From: Priapulus caudatus
Lineage: Eukaryota
Assembly: GCF_000485595.1 (NCBI RefSeq)
Contig: NW_014577067.1
Coordinates: 729,337-793,336 of the forward strand
Direction of reading: 5' to 3'
DNA: 64,000 nucleotides
Part shown: positions 53,573 through 64,000 of the stretch, in pieces
How positions within the stretch are numbered: position 1 is the stretch's first letter
Layout of the letters: every line of letters begins with the position of its first letter
The notes under the pieces: model-generated
Database searches by the model: none
Seen by the model: the letters and a program-made list of their open reading frames with translations, nothing else
Told to the model about the DNA's origin: nothing
Made by a program: the position numbers and the translations under genes

Positions 53573-54988
53573 CTAATAGCTGGATCTGCCGCTCCGACTG
53601 TGGGGCCTATATCTGTAATTCGAAGAAGGCGTGCTATATCTATTATAGTAATTCCTGCTGCGGTAGCCGTTACCGTAGCGCGATCTACCGGAGGAGCCAT
53701 GTCGATAACTATGGTAAGGTCTTTTGCCGTGTTTGGGGCTTCTGCTGCCGTAGTTGCGTCTGTAATTGTAGTAGCTGGGGCTTCTGCTGCCGTAATTGCG
53801 TCTGTAGTTGTAGTAGCTGGGGCTTCTGCTGTAGCCACTCACGTTCCTGTACCGACCCGTGCTATATACGGGGTATACTCGCCTGCTGTTGTAACCCTTG
53901 CCGCCACGACTGCGAGCAACCACGACGACGTACCTTCCCCTTCCACTTCCTCTTCCTCTTCCTCTCCCTCTCCCTTTACCATGGGCACCATCATGTGGAT
54001 CTATGACTCCATGGTCATCTTTGTGTGGATCTATGACTCCGTGATCATCGGTGTGTGGATCAATGACTCCGTGGTCATCAACCCGTTCATCAAATCTTCC
54101 TCCTACAGGAAGTCTATCCCTGTCATCGTCAAATCTTCCTCCTACAGGAAGTCTATCCCTGTCATTGTCAAATCTTCCTCCTACAGGAAGTCTATCCCTG
54201 TTATCGTCAAATCTTCCTCCTACAGGAAGTCTATCCCTGTCATCGTCAAATCTTCCCCCTACAGGAAGTCTATCCCTGTCATCATCAAATCCTGTCCCTA
54301 CAGGAAGTCTATCCCTGCCATCGTCAAATCCTCCCCCTACAGGAAGTCTATCCCTGCCATCGTCAAATCTACCCTGATTTCCTGGATTAAAGCCACCGAC
54401 AGCTGGTGGACTTTGACCGAACTCTCTTCCCACAAATGGACTACTGTTGTCAATACCCACGATGACTCCGCCCCCTCGCCCTTCAAATCCTCCTCCCTGC
54501 CCTTGCTGATCGACGCGACCAACAAATCTACCTGCTAGTGGTCCATCCCTCCGGTCATCGAAGCCACCGATGGGTGGTCGAATATCGTCGACTGACCCAT
54601 CGACCCGCCTACCGAATCTCCCGTCATCAAAATCTTCCGGGTTTCTTGGGTCAAACCCGCCGACGGCTGGCGGACCTTTACCGAAGTCTCTTCCTACGAA
54701 CGCACTACTGCTGTCAATGCCCCGGATGACTCCGCCGCCTCCTCGGTCGTCAAATCTTCCCGCTTGCAGCTTCCCGTCGCCGTGGTCGTCAAACCCTGCT
54801 CCCGGCGCATGCGTGTCTACTGGTAAATCGTGCACGTCGCCGCCTCGATCGACGACGTGTGGGCCGACGTCATCTACTGATGCGTGAATGACGATAGGTT
54901 TGCCCTGCGCAGATGGGTATCTGGATGCGTAGGCACCCCTGCCGTAGTCGACTTTGCTTCCACTCTGCGCATGTGCCGCGGTCAGCAA
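53573..54988 (-). CDS. Secreted low-complexity protein A, main exon (Gly/Asp/Arg repeats, His repeats, Tyr/Arg/Ser-rich tail); 482 aa in total
   Basis: 471-codon ORF starting exactly at a cccgcag acceptor (phase 0) and completing a signal peptide; codon-preserving repeats. Confidence 0.85.
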   Translation of the reverse strand: MLTAAHAQSGSKVDYGRGAYASRYPSAQGKPIVIHASVDDVGPHVVDRGGDVHDLPVDTHAPGAGFDDHGDGKLQAGRFDDRGGGGVIRGIDSSSAFVGRDFGKGPPAVGGFDPRNPEDFDDGRFGRRVDGSVDDIRPPIGGFDDRRDGPLAGRFVGRVDQQGQGGGFEGRGGGVIVGIDNSSPFVGREFGQSPPAVGGFNPGNQGRFDDGRDRLPVGGGFDDGRDRLPVGTGFDDDRDRLPVGGRFDDDRDRLPVGGRFDDNRDRLPVGGRFDNDRDRLPVGGRFDDDRDRLPVGGRFDERVDDHGVIDPHTDDHGVIDPHKDDHGVIDPHDGAHGKGRGRGRGRGSGRGRYVVVVARSRGGKGYNSRRVYPVYSTGRYRNVSGYSRSPSYYNYRRNYGSRSPSYYNYRRNYGSRSPKHGKRPYHSYRHGSSGRSRYGNGYRSRNYYNRYSTPSSNYRYRPHSRSGRSSY

Positions 54989-55357
54989 CTGCGGGGGTAG
55001 AATTTAAGACAAGATTAGTTTTACGACGCGAACATCAGCAGCGTGCGGGCGGTTACAACGAACGGGTTCAGCTTAGGTTTTTTTCAACAGGTTAAGGCAG
55101 TTCGTTACGTTTCAGGGACTTACGTTTCAGGCACTTACTCAGGCACTTACTCAGACCTTACGTTTCAGGCACTAAGTGGAAGTGGATGAAATAACCACAT
55201 ACACTTTAAAAACGGTTAATTTTTTCAAAGTAAATGAGAGTGATGAAATATAAAGGTTGAGCCGTTGTAAAATTACAATAACTAACTTATAACACATGCG
55301 CACGAAAGCGTTACCCGTATGTACAACATAACATGACCCGTATATAACGTATCTCAA

Positions 55358-55860
55358 CGTAATGTAACGTAACGCAACGTAACGTAACTTGAATTAACAT
55401 AATGTTAGTTAGCGTTACGTAACGCAACGTAACGTAAGTTAACATATTCTAAAGCAACGCACTCGTAACGTAACGCTACGCAACGTAATGTAACGTGGCG
55501 TAACGTACTATAGTCCACGGAACGTAACGAAAGTTAACGTAACATAATGCATGTAACACAACGTCACGCAAAGTAATGTAACACAACGTGGCGTAGCGTA
55601 CTATAGTCCACGTAACGTAACGAAAGTTAACGTAACATAACGCATGTAACGCAACGTCACGTAAAGTAATGTAACAACAGCGTGGCGTAACGTAACCTAA
55701 ATTAACGTAACGCAACGTTAATAATGTATAGCATATCATAACGTAATATAACGTAATTTAACGTAATGTAACATAATTTAACGTAACGTAACGTAGTTAT
55801 AACAGTAGCGACAAAGCTGTCATAACGTAATTTACGGTAACTTAACATACACGTAACGTA
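55358..55860. repeat. Degenerate (AACGT)n satellite in the intron of gene A
   Basis: Direct tandem repetition. Confidence 0.9.
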
Positions 55861-55886
55861 GTTCGTGTATGTTTAAAAGCACTTAC

Positions 55887-55919
55887 AGCGACAAAGCAGA
55901 TCCACCCAGCGATCTGCAT
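55887..55919 (-). CDS. Secreted protein A, first coding exon (signal peptide)
   Basis: MQIAGWICFVA|gtaagt; spliced product MQIAGWICFVALLTAAHA-QS has an AxA cleavage motif. Confidence 0.8.
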
Positions 55920-56469
55920 TCTGATAGTACGTATACAGGCAGTCTTGCAACAACAAAAGCGCTGCAACATCAAACACACACTATATAGAAATCACGCGTG
56001 AAGTGATAGCGTGTAATAGTAGAACAATCTAAAGCCTGTTTGGGCAATGTCACTCATGCAGAAACTAAATCAAACAAAATACTGAAATTGAGAAATAATG
56101 TAAAAGTTGTGTATAATGAAATTCATGCGAAACCTACAAATAATGCAGCTAATATTGAAAATAATGACTAAAAAAGAATTTTTGATGACCGAATTTACCA
56201 AAGAACACATTGGATGATAATCGAAATTTTTACGGTTAACCGAAAAAAAAATCCTTTGCAAAAACTACGCGTTACTCTAAATTTTCAAATTAAGAAGCAC
56301 ACTGACAAAGGATCATGATATACGTTTATAATATATATTATACTCATATTATATATATATCTTATATATATATATATATATATCATGTCCTGTGATACTG
56401 ATTGGGATCCTTCTATCTGTTGTTTGTGTCTTTGACTGCAGGTTTCACCGATTGTCTAACTTTACTTAC

Positions 56470-56577
56470 CAGACTATGCTCTAAGAACTCTGCGCTTCCT
56501 TTCGCGTCGCCGTTTTCCGCCTCTCACCGCTATGACTGCCGGGTTTACGCTTGTTACGCGCTTTCCGCTTCTTTATA
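56470..56577 (-). promoter_or_regulatory. Putative TATA box (TATAAAG, 56577-56571) and non-coding first exon of gene A
   Basis: TATA followed by a purine-rich leader ending in a strong CTG|gtaagt donor at 56469. Confidence 0.55.
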
Positions 56578-58855
56578 ATAACGCAGTCCAGCGGAGAGAA
56601 ATAGCTGGATGCGTTGGCGTACAAATAGCCAAGTCACGATTCACCTGTACGGGCCGAGATGTCCGCAACTGATGTTCCTAATGTAGCCTTGATGATGGTT
56701 ACTCAAGCGCGCATTTTCCATGGCCTTCGGGTCACAGGCGTGTTGTGTTGGAGCATAACTCGCCGTGGGCTCAACTGTCAAGGCCGTCTCGAAGATTGTC
56801 TCTTTGTTGACAGCGCAGACTGGGTTTGTTAAGGGTCCTGAGAGACGCACTGCCCTACTTTACAAATCGTGTGTAATTTCACGAGTGGCCGAATGCAAAT
56901 ACAATCGGGTGCTTATGTCGGGAGCAATGTCGTTCCGATCATGGTAAATGTAATCACTGAGCTCGCAAGCAAAGCCAAGGTTCGGGTCCAGCGTGAATTA
57001 AGCCTGACTCATGGGTACCATCGCGTACTCAGAACACAAACAGAGCTGCTATTTGTAGAAAATGAAAAGTGATGTGTGTGTTGTGAGAAGTGGCTACGAA
57101 AAGCCGGACTAGCAGTAGCAACCCCGCCATTTTGACACAATATATACATGACGTATGCAATCAGCACACTTAAATACATTGTAAAAAATACATCTCGTCA
57201 CAATAGACATCAATACAATCGATGCAATACAATACAATTAATACAATATAATACAATCGATACAATATAATACAATCGATACACTCGGTTCAATCTAAAA
57301 CACAATACAATCTCGTCTTGTTAGGCCTACAATGTGCATGAAATCGAAACCTCATTCTTTGAATTTGCTTGCGATTAACCGACTTGGTGTAGCTGATGCA
57401 TTCCGTGTAACAAGTCGTGATGTGTCCCCGTCACAAGATAACATTTTCTAACATTTATTGTGGATCTCAGGGAAGACATACTCCTTACATTTGTTGTAGA
57501 TATTACCTTGCCCTATAAGTTCCTTGCTACTTAAATTTCTCGCAGCTTTTAAAGATGGCATGCTACTTAAACCGTGTTATAGATGTTATAGCTGCCATGC
57601 TACTAACATGTTTTTTTTTTAGATTTTATCGACAATGGCGCGCGGAATATCCCGCTAGCATCTAGACGTGTTGGGATAACATCGGTGAGGAACAATTTCG
57701 TGAAGACAATGATTACTTTGATAGAGCCGACTCGCACCTATTCTCACAAACACACGCGCGATGATCGACGTGATTAGTTACTGCGTGTCGTGACGAATGG
57801 AGTAAGTGTCACTGTTCGCGCTCGGTGACCTTGAGCTTGCGAGTGCGCGTACCAGCAGGTGCTGCGCGAGAGAGAGCACGAGTGTTCATGATGACGACGT
57901 ACGCAATCCGGATACGAATCCAGCAGAGGTCGTCTCTCACTCTCGCTTCACGAGTTATTTGTATTCAGGATTACGATGAAGTGAGCAGATTTACCTCATC
58001 GCGGCGCTCTCTGCTGCTACCGACGTACGTAGCCGTGGTTTGATCATGGGACCTGGGCGGTTATAGTGTAGCGCGATAAATTGGAGTGTGGCCAAATTCG
58101 ACGCCGTAGTGACGGCTGACTCTTGAAATCGCGATCGAAGTTATCGGTCGTTAGTTAACACACGAATTCGTAAACCAAATTAAGCCTGTTAGCACGTAAA
58201 CTATTAAATCGCGCTATTTCTAGATTTATAACACCTCTCAGCCCTGCAGCGGCTTGCTGTCACCTATGTCGCATTCAACGGCTAGCATGCTTTCTTATGT
58301 TTGTCAGGCTATAGGCCTATACGTCATCGTCGTCCATCTCTCTACCCTGAACTTGTTTGTCCTGTCCCTGCCTGCGTATATTCACGCGTCCTAGCTCCCA
58401 GCCATTCGCGCAAGCCGTGTTTCTAGATGGCAGAATATTATTTATTCCAAAGATTAATCACAAAACTAAACAAACGATATACTAGTTAAACTGCGATTAA
58501 TGATTTTCATATTCGCCGACAGACTGGTTCTCCCACATGCATCTTAAATGCATGCAGTTATCAAGTCATTCGCTCATGTTGTGACAGACCATGCACGCTG
58601 TCGTTTTCGAAATAATACGTCACTGTGAATTCCGAAGGAATAAAAAAAAGACGATGACAGTCTTTAATAACGTAATTAAAGTATTTCGTAGGATATAGTA
58701 TAATAATAACGGTATTATAATCTTCCTCCTCGTAACATGTAATATGTAATAAATAAGGGGCGTAGCTAGAGGGGGGGGGGCAAGGGCAGTTAACCCCCGC
58801 AAAGAAATGTACATATATTACATGGTCAATGGCGGTCACGTCCACAAATCACACC

Positions 58856-58913
58856 CATAGAACTAGAATAGAAGTAGAATAGAGTAGAATAGAACTTTTA
58901 TTCTAGTTCTATG
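58856..58913. mobile_element. 58-bp mini-MITE, CATAG...CTATG ends, 8-bp TSD ATCACACC
   Basis: TIR catagaactagaata / tattctagttctatg; atcacacc at 58848-58855 and 58914-58921. Confidence 0.8.
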
Positions 58914-59217
58914 ATCACACCACGGACGTGGCTTTGTCTTTCCCCGGGCAAAAAGGGGTAGCCTCGCTCTTCTAGATGTCTAACCTAAATGTACTTGGTA
59001 TGCACTATACATTTGTATTGCCTTGGTCATAAACATGCGCAGTGAGAATTTATTCATAACTAGTACTGTATTGTTGAGGCTACCATGGCATAGCAGAGTG
59101 GAAATAGTAACTATTTCACTTGGCTATAGACCATTCTTAATTAGTATTCATGACCTGGGGTCACGCACGAAAACGAGGCTAAGCTAGGCAATNNNNNNNN
59201 NNNNNNNNNNNNNNNNN

Positions 59218-59590
59218 AGCACGACGAACACGCAGATACACGCAAGTACACGCACGTACACGCGGGTACACGCACGTACACGCAGGTACAAGCACGACGA
59301 ACACGCAGATACACGCAAGTACACGCACGTACACGCGGGTACACGCACGTGCACGAACGTGCACGCGGGTACACGCACGTACACGCGGGCACACGCACGT
59401 ACACGTTGGTACACGCACGTGCACGCATACATGTGCATGTACCTGCGTGTACGTGTGTGTACCCGCGTGTACGTGCGTGTATCTCCGTGTACCCGCGTGT
59501 ACGTGCGTGTATCTGCGTGTACGTGTACGTGCGTGTATCTGCGTGTATCTGCGTGTACATGCGTATACCCGCGTGCACGTGCGTGTATCA
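59218..59590. repeat. Low-complexity (ACACGC/ACGT) repeat with internal dyad symmetry
   Basis: Direct and inverted short repeats next to an N-gap. Confidence 0.8.
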
Positions 59591-60096
59591 GTTTTCTCTT
59601 TCTTGTGGGTTTTAAGCTAACGCGCAGTGAAATGGGAGCAACTAGAGTTTATTTTGTCATAAGGTAATGTGATTATGCATGACACGAAGTATTTGCTAGT
59701 CGAGTACTGGAGAAATTAGCATTTGGATGAGCATTGTGCGGCTTTAACTTATACAAAGCTTATACAAAGCTTACCCATAACTTATTCGACGTACGCCAGC
59801 GTATTCACCAAATTTTTCATACGTCGGTATACGCTGGCTTTCGTTGGTAAGTCGTCAAGGTGTGACAGGGCCATAACAGGCAGTTTTAAGATGCTCCTTG
59901 GCGAGTCGCTCTCGCGCTCGTGATCTCGCAGCCCCAGCGTGCTAACCCCGCCGGCAGTGACAACGCGCTACGTACCGTGGTTCGGGCCCCGGCGTCGCAC
60001 GTGGGAAGTATAATGAATGACAAACTTCTTTATTCGTGCCCGGGCGGATCGTGACGCGCCGCCAACGCAGCACCGGCAACCGGACTTGCGACTAAC

Positions 60097-60194
60097 TATA
60101 AAAGACGAAGCCGGCGCGGAGAGAGACACACGCAGCGAAGACAGAGCTTAAGCAAGATAGTAGAAGCAGCCGCATATTTCTGTCACCAAGTTGA
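60097..60194 (+). promoter_or_regulatory. Putative TATA box (TATAAAAG, 60097-60104) and non-coding first exon of gene B
   Basis: Canonical TATA, purine-rich leader, gtgagt donor at 60195. Confidence 0.6.
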
Positions 60195-60246
60195 GTGAGT
60201 ACAGTATTCAGTGCTTTTATATACATATTTACTTTATATAGGTATA

Positions 60247-60281
<35 letters not shown>

Positions 60282-60322
60282 CAAGACTTAATAATACCTA
60301 TTATAGGTATTATTAGCTCTTG
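60282..60322. mobile_element. 41-bp palindromic mini-MITE, CAAGA...TCTTG ends, 7-bp TSD ATAATAT
   Basis: Right TIR reverse-complements to caagagctaataa, identical to the left end of 19088-19369; ataatat at 60275-60281 and 60323-60329. Confidence 0.7.
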
Positions 60323-61546
60323 ATAATATTGAACTAATTCCTGAACATACCGTTATATATTTTTGTAATAACTATAAATTAGCCATTGAAATCGAATGAA
60401 AAACGTAGGTTAGGATAATTGCTTAAGATGGAAAACTCTAGTAGACATGAATATATATATTGATCTGCTGATTATATATTCTGATATTATAATAAGTCTG
60501 CTTTGTAAATTAATCATTGATTTTAGTCATCTTTAACACTTGAAGGCACTCGGAATTGTCTTGCAAATCACATCAAACAGTATATTTATACATCGCGATG
60601 ATAACCTTGACGGCCTTAACGCCAGATGCAAATAATTATTGTATTTCCCGCAATTTGCTCCATGCGTGCCGAGGTTCACGCTTCATCTAAACTGGCTCTT
60701 GCTTGTTTGATGCACGCGGCCAGTGCGTCTCGTAGCCTAGCGCAGACCTGCGACTTTTTCATGCAACTCGACAGCGATTATAGAATCGCTGTAAAATTGC
60801 TGTGAAATCGGTACGTCTGCGGGAACGTGCAACTGCAACCCGTAGTGATTCTGGTCGCTTGCGACGAGTTGCAAGAAACCAATCTGTTTTGATTTTGAGC
60901 GACTCGTCCTCTCAATCGCTCCCAAATTGCTATAGAATTGCTTCGAAATCGAGCGCACACGCGGTGACACATCGACCGATCGCTTGCGGTTGCAGGTTGC
61001 AGCGACGATCAACCAAAAATCGCAGTTCTGCGCAAGGCTCAGTGATCAGTTTGAATGTAGGAAAAATCCGCGTGTGAATGCTGATGAGGGATGCGACGCT
61101 AGAGGGGAATTTTCCCCATTGACGCGTTTACCATCGTATTCATTTTGCTTTGATGTTGAGCTTGTGAACAAGAACAGCGGTCATTATCACTTTCGATGAT
61201 GTGAAAATTCGACATTGCGTAACCATTCAGTCCTATCATATACTTACTGTGCGTGTGGGCAGGATGGGATCAGATAGGTTAGGTTTATTACGTGGTCTAC
61301 ATAGTTCATTTCCTGAAATGATTCTATAAGAGACTGCCATGCTATGATAATTACCCAGTTAGGTCACGTAATCATGCCCCGCCTCTTAGGAATTTGTGCA
61401 GGTCACGGCCATGGAATAGTTATACATTTATTATAAGGTCATATTACGAAGTGCAATGAAGAGCCAGTTGGGCGCAAACGAATCGTACGCTGATAGTTTA
61501 CTTCGTTATTTTGCAGGTCGCTATTGCCAGCCTCTAAGCCAGTAAG

Positions 61547-61579
61547 ATGAGGGTTCTGCTATGTTTCGCCTTGCTTGTG
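61547..61579 (+). CDS. Secreted protein B, first coding exon (signal peptide)
   Basis: Acceptor ttttgcag at 61516; MRVLLCFALLV|gtaaga. Confidence 0.8.
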
Positions 61580-61951
61580 GTAAGATTGTCTTATTACATG
61601 ACGCCATTTATTAGCCGGCATCGAAAACCAACATGTAATCATAATCTAATCTAACACCGAGACATATATCTCCGAACAGACATTTGTTTTTACTCATCAA
61701 TAATTATAGTAGGTGCTACAATAGTGCATTTCATTATATAACTTGAATTAATTGAATCGAATTAATTATTTATTAATAATTATATTTTTACTTATTCATT
61801 TAATGATTATATTGATTATTAATCTATTTACTAATTATATCGATTAATATTCGTTTAATATAAATTTTTTATAAATCATACATGTACTAATTACCATTAT
61901 TAATCACGCATTGAAAAAACTTCCTGCTATATACTCCATGTTTTTCTCCAG

Positions 61952-62233
61952 CTCGTCATTGGGGCCTACGCAGGAGGTGACTACCACCGTAGATCATACC
62001 GACCCTATCGCTCCTCCCGTTACGTCGCCCAGCCTCGCAGATACGACAACGTCGACTCGTACCGCGGATCGTACGACACCGGCCGCTACCACAGTGATTA
62101 CCCTGTGTACCCGCCCAAGAGATACAACGGAAGGAGAAAGAGTTACCGCCCCAGAAGAAAATACTACGCTCCACGCCCACGCTACAACTCTTACCACAAA
62201 CAACAAAACCGCTACCGCTCCGGGCGTTACTGA
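61952..62233 (+). CDS. Secreted Tyr/Arg-rich protein B, main exon; 104 aa in total
   Basis: tttttctccag acceptor, phase 0; LVIGAYA-GGDYHRRSYRPYRSSRYVAQPRRYDNVDSYRGSYDTGRYHSDYPVYPPKRYNGRRKSYRPRRKYYAPRPRYNSYHKQQNRYRSGRY-stop. Confidence 0.85.
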   Translation, partial: LVIGAYAGGDYHRRSYRPYRSSRYVAQPRRYDNVDSYRGSYDTGRYHSDYPVYPPKRYNGRRKSYRPRRKYYAPRPRYNSYHKQQNRYRSGRY

Positions 62234-63167
62234 ACGATGTAAACCCTACATAGACCCTGAACAGATATATCGACCCATCCACTACAGTCTTACGATTTCG
62301 GAAATATCTAGGCTCTATATAGACAGATAGACCCCTCCAACTACTACCATAGTTTCACGCATTCCTAAGAGATGCCACAGGCGCCTCTCATGTGTACATT
62401 TCATGATGGTTAACGGGTTTCGACTTACGTTTCTTTTTGAAGCCTCGTTTGGGATGGATCTAACTGGTTGGAGTGATTGCGAGGCACCGCTAGCCAATCA
62501 CTGTTGCCATAGGGGCGTTCTAAAACGCTGCTTATTAACGAAGTGCCGCCAAGTTGACTAATTAGCGTGCACGCGTCAACACCACGTGCAATCTGAGTTA
62601 GCTTGACTCACTCACTTAGCAACAAGGATGGTGCGAGTATCTCGCTCAGACAGATAGGTCAGTTAGTTATAGACACGTTTAGAAGTTTATTCGAGTTGTT
62701 TCTAACCATTTCTTATTGTGATATGAAGATTGTTATTAATCCTCGTTGATAGATCGTGTAGAAAGAATTATTCTCTACACGTGATTTTCATATACGTATA
62801 TGGCAAAAGCAGATAGGCCAACATTAAAATACAGTTCCATTAGAGAAGAATTAGTTTAGAGACCGAGTATATATCTAGATTTGTGTCAATTTCTATCAAG
62901 CTCTGAATAAACAAGATTTATCGCAAGAATTTAGTGTTGTTGTACATGTATACATTTATCGATTCTAAAGTTCCTCGTCTCAGTTTTCCCAAATTCCCTG
63001 CGTTGTGGCAGGATAGCCTACAGAGGCTCATATCTATGCGCGTGCATACACAGTGTATGTCATAAGAAATACTATTTTGTCCAAAGTATAGCTCTTTCAC
63101 TTTCGCTCTCTCTCCCTCTCTTTCTCTTGCTCGCTCATATACTATCCATGCGTGGACACCGTTCTCT

Positions 63168-63208
<41 letters not shown>

Positions 63209-64000
63209 TTATATGCGAAATCCGTATGACCAGTGAAAGATTCGAATAAACATGTTTCACATTAAATTACTTTGAATAAACATATTTCATATCAAATTAC
63301 TTTGATTAGACATGTTTTATATGAAATTACTGATCGGGGTTACGCTCAGTATACGTTCTTAAAATTAATAAAATATGATAAAAGTTGGACATGTATTTAC
63401 ACTTGCATATATCACATAGGATACACATCGCCACCTATTGGCTGAATTAAATTTTATTCCTGTTACCCCAGATGGGGAAAGAATCTTTAGCTTGAAAAGG
63501 ACCGCTGACAGATTAAAGGACTGCTGAAGATGACCTCATTATTGAACTTACAAATATAATTAAGAAATACCTGCCCTTAAGGCATGCACTAGGCATAAGC
63601 TCATCTATATCTGGCCGTCTCCTGTGCTAGCGCATCGTCTGAAATTCTGAATTCGTTTACAAGACTAAGCTCTAGGTTTGCACATGGCCAATAACTGCCA
63701 AATGGCATCGTATTATGTTGGAATAATACTTTTAAAACAGAGAGGGGGATATACGACTGTAGGCTAGTATAATAATTTTCAATCACAAGGTCTCCGTTAA
63801 ATAAGGGGAGGAAGCCCTAGCTTGAAGATTAGTCCAGAAATCCTATATGATGAAGCTTTAGCTTAAATGGTACACACGACAGATTCATGGTCGCCATGAT
63901 GCTTTTACTACTTTATACACGTATTATTTGGCGAGGTGTCTTAACTGAATTTACATGTATAATTTAAGTGAGAGGGCATATTACTCTATAAGCTGATGTG

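Noticed and set aside
53600..54538. 312-aa plus-strand ORF (KSSSYRKSIPVIV repeats)
   Set aside because: Antisense shadow of repetitive protein A; the minus strand has the splice acceptor, signal peptide exon and putative promoter
61911..62330. 139-aa Thr-rich mucin-like ORF in the track
   Set aside because: Starts at a TTG inside the intron; the phase-0 splice from the signal-peptide exon selects the Tyr/Arg-rich frame instead

Overview
Eukaryotic (metazoan, probably invertebrate) genomic DNA with spliceosomal introns, many microsatellites, N-gaps and some error-laden sequence. Five genes can be reconstructed by hand. (1) The last two coding exons of an SLC16/monocarboxylate-transporter-like MFS gene (+, 1544-4371). 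(2) An SLC7/L-type amino acid transporter gene (-, ~5690-10673) with several lesions, including a MITE inserted in a coding exon; it is a probable pseudogene or null allele. (3) A 12-exon alanine aminotransferase gene (+, 24345-50343), whose exon 6 survives only in an indel-ridden redundant copy. (4, 5) A head-to-head pair of unrecognised secreted Tyr/Arg-rich low-complexity proteins (-, 482 aa, 53573-55919; +, 104 aa, 61547-62233) with matching gene architecture; the ORF track misses the second. The rest is non-autonomous DNA transposons, a LINE RT relic, minisatellites and a multi-kb inverted repeat. The transposons include a CA-ended family with 7-bp ATNNNAT target duplications, Ginger1-like, Harbinger-like, Kolobok-like, hAT-like and Helentron/HINE-like elements. 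All coordinates and translations were read by eye; no database searches were run.
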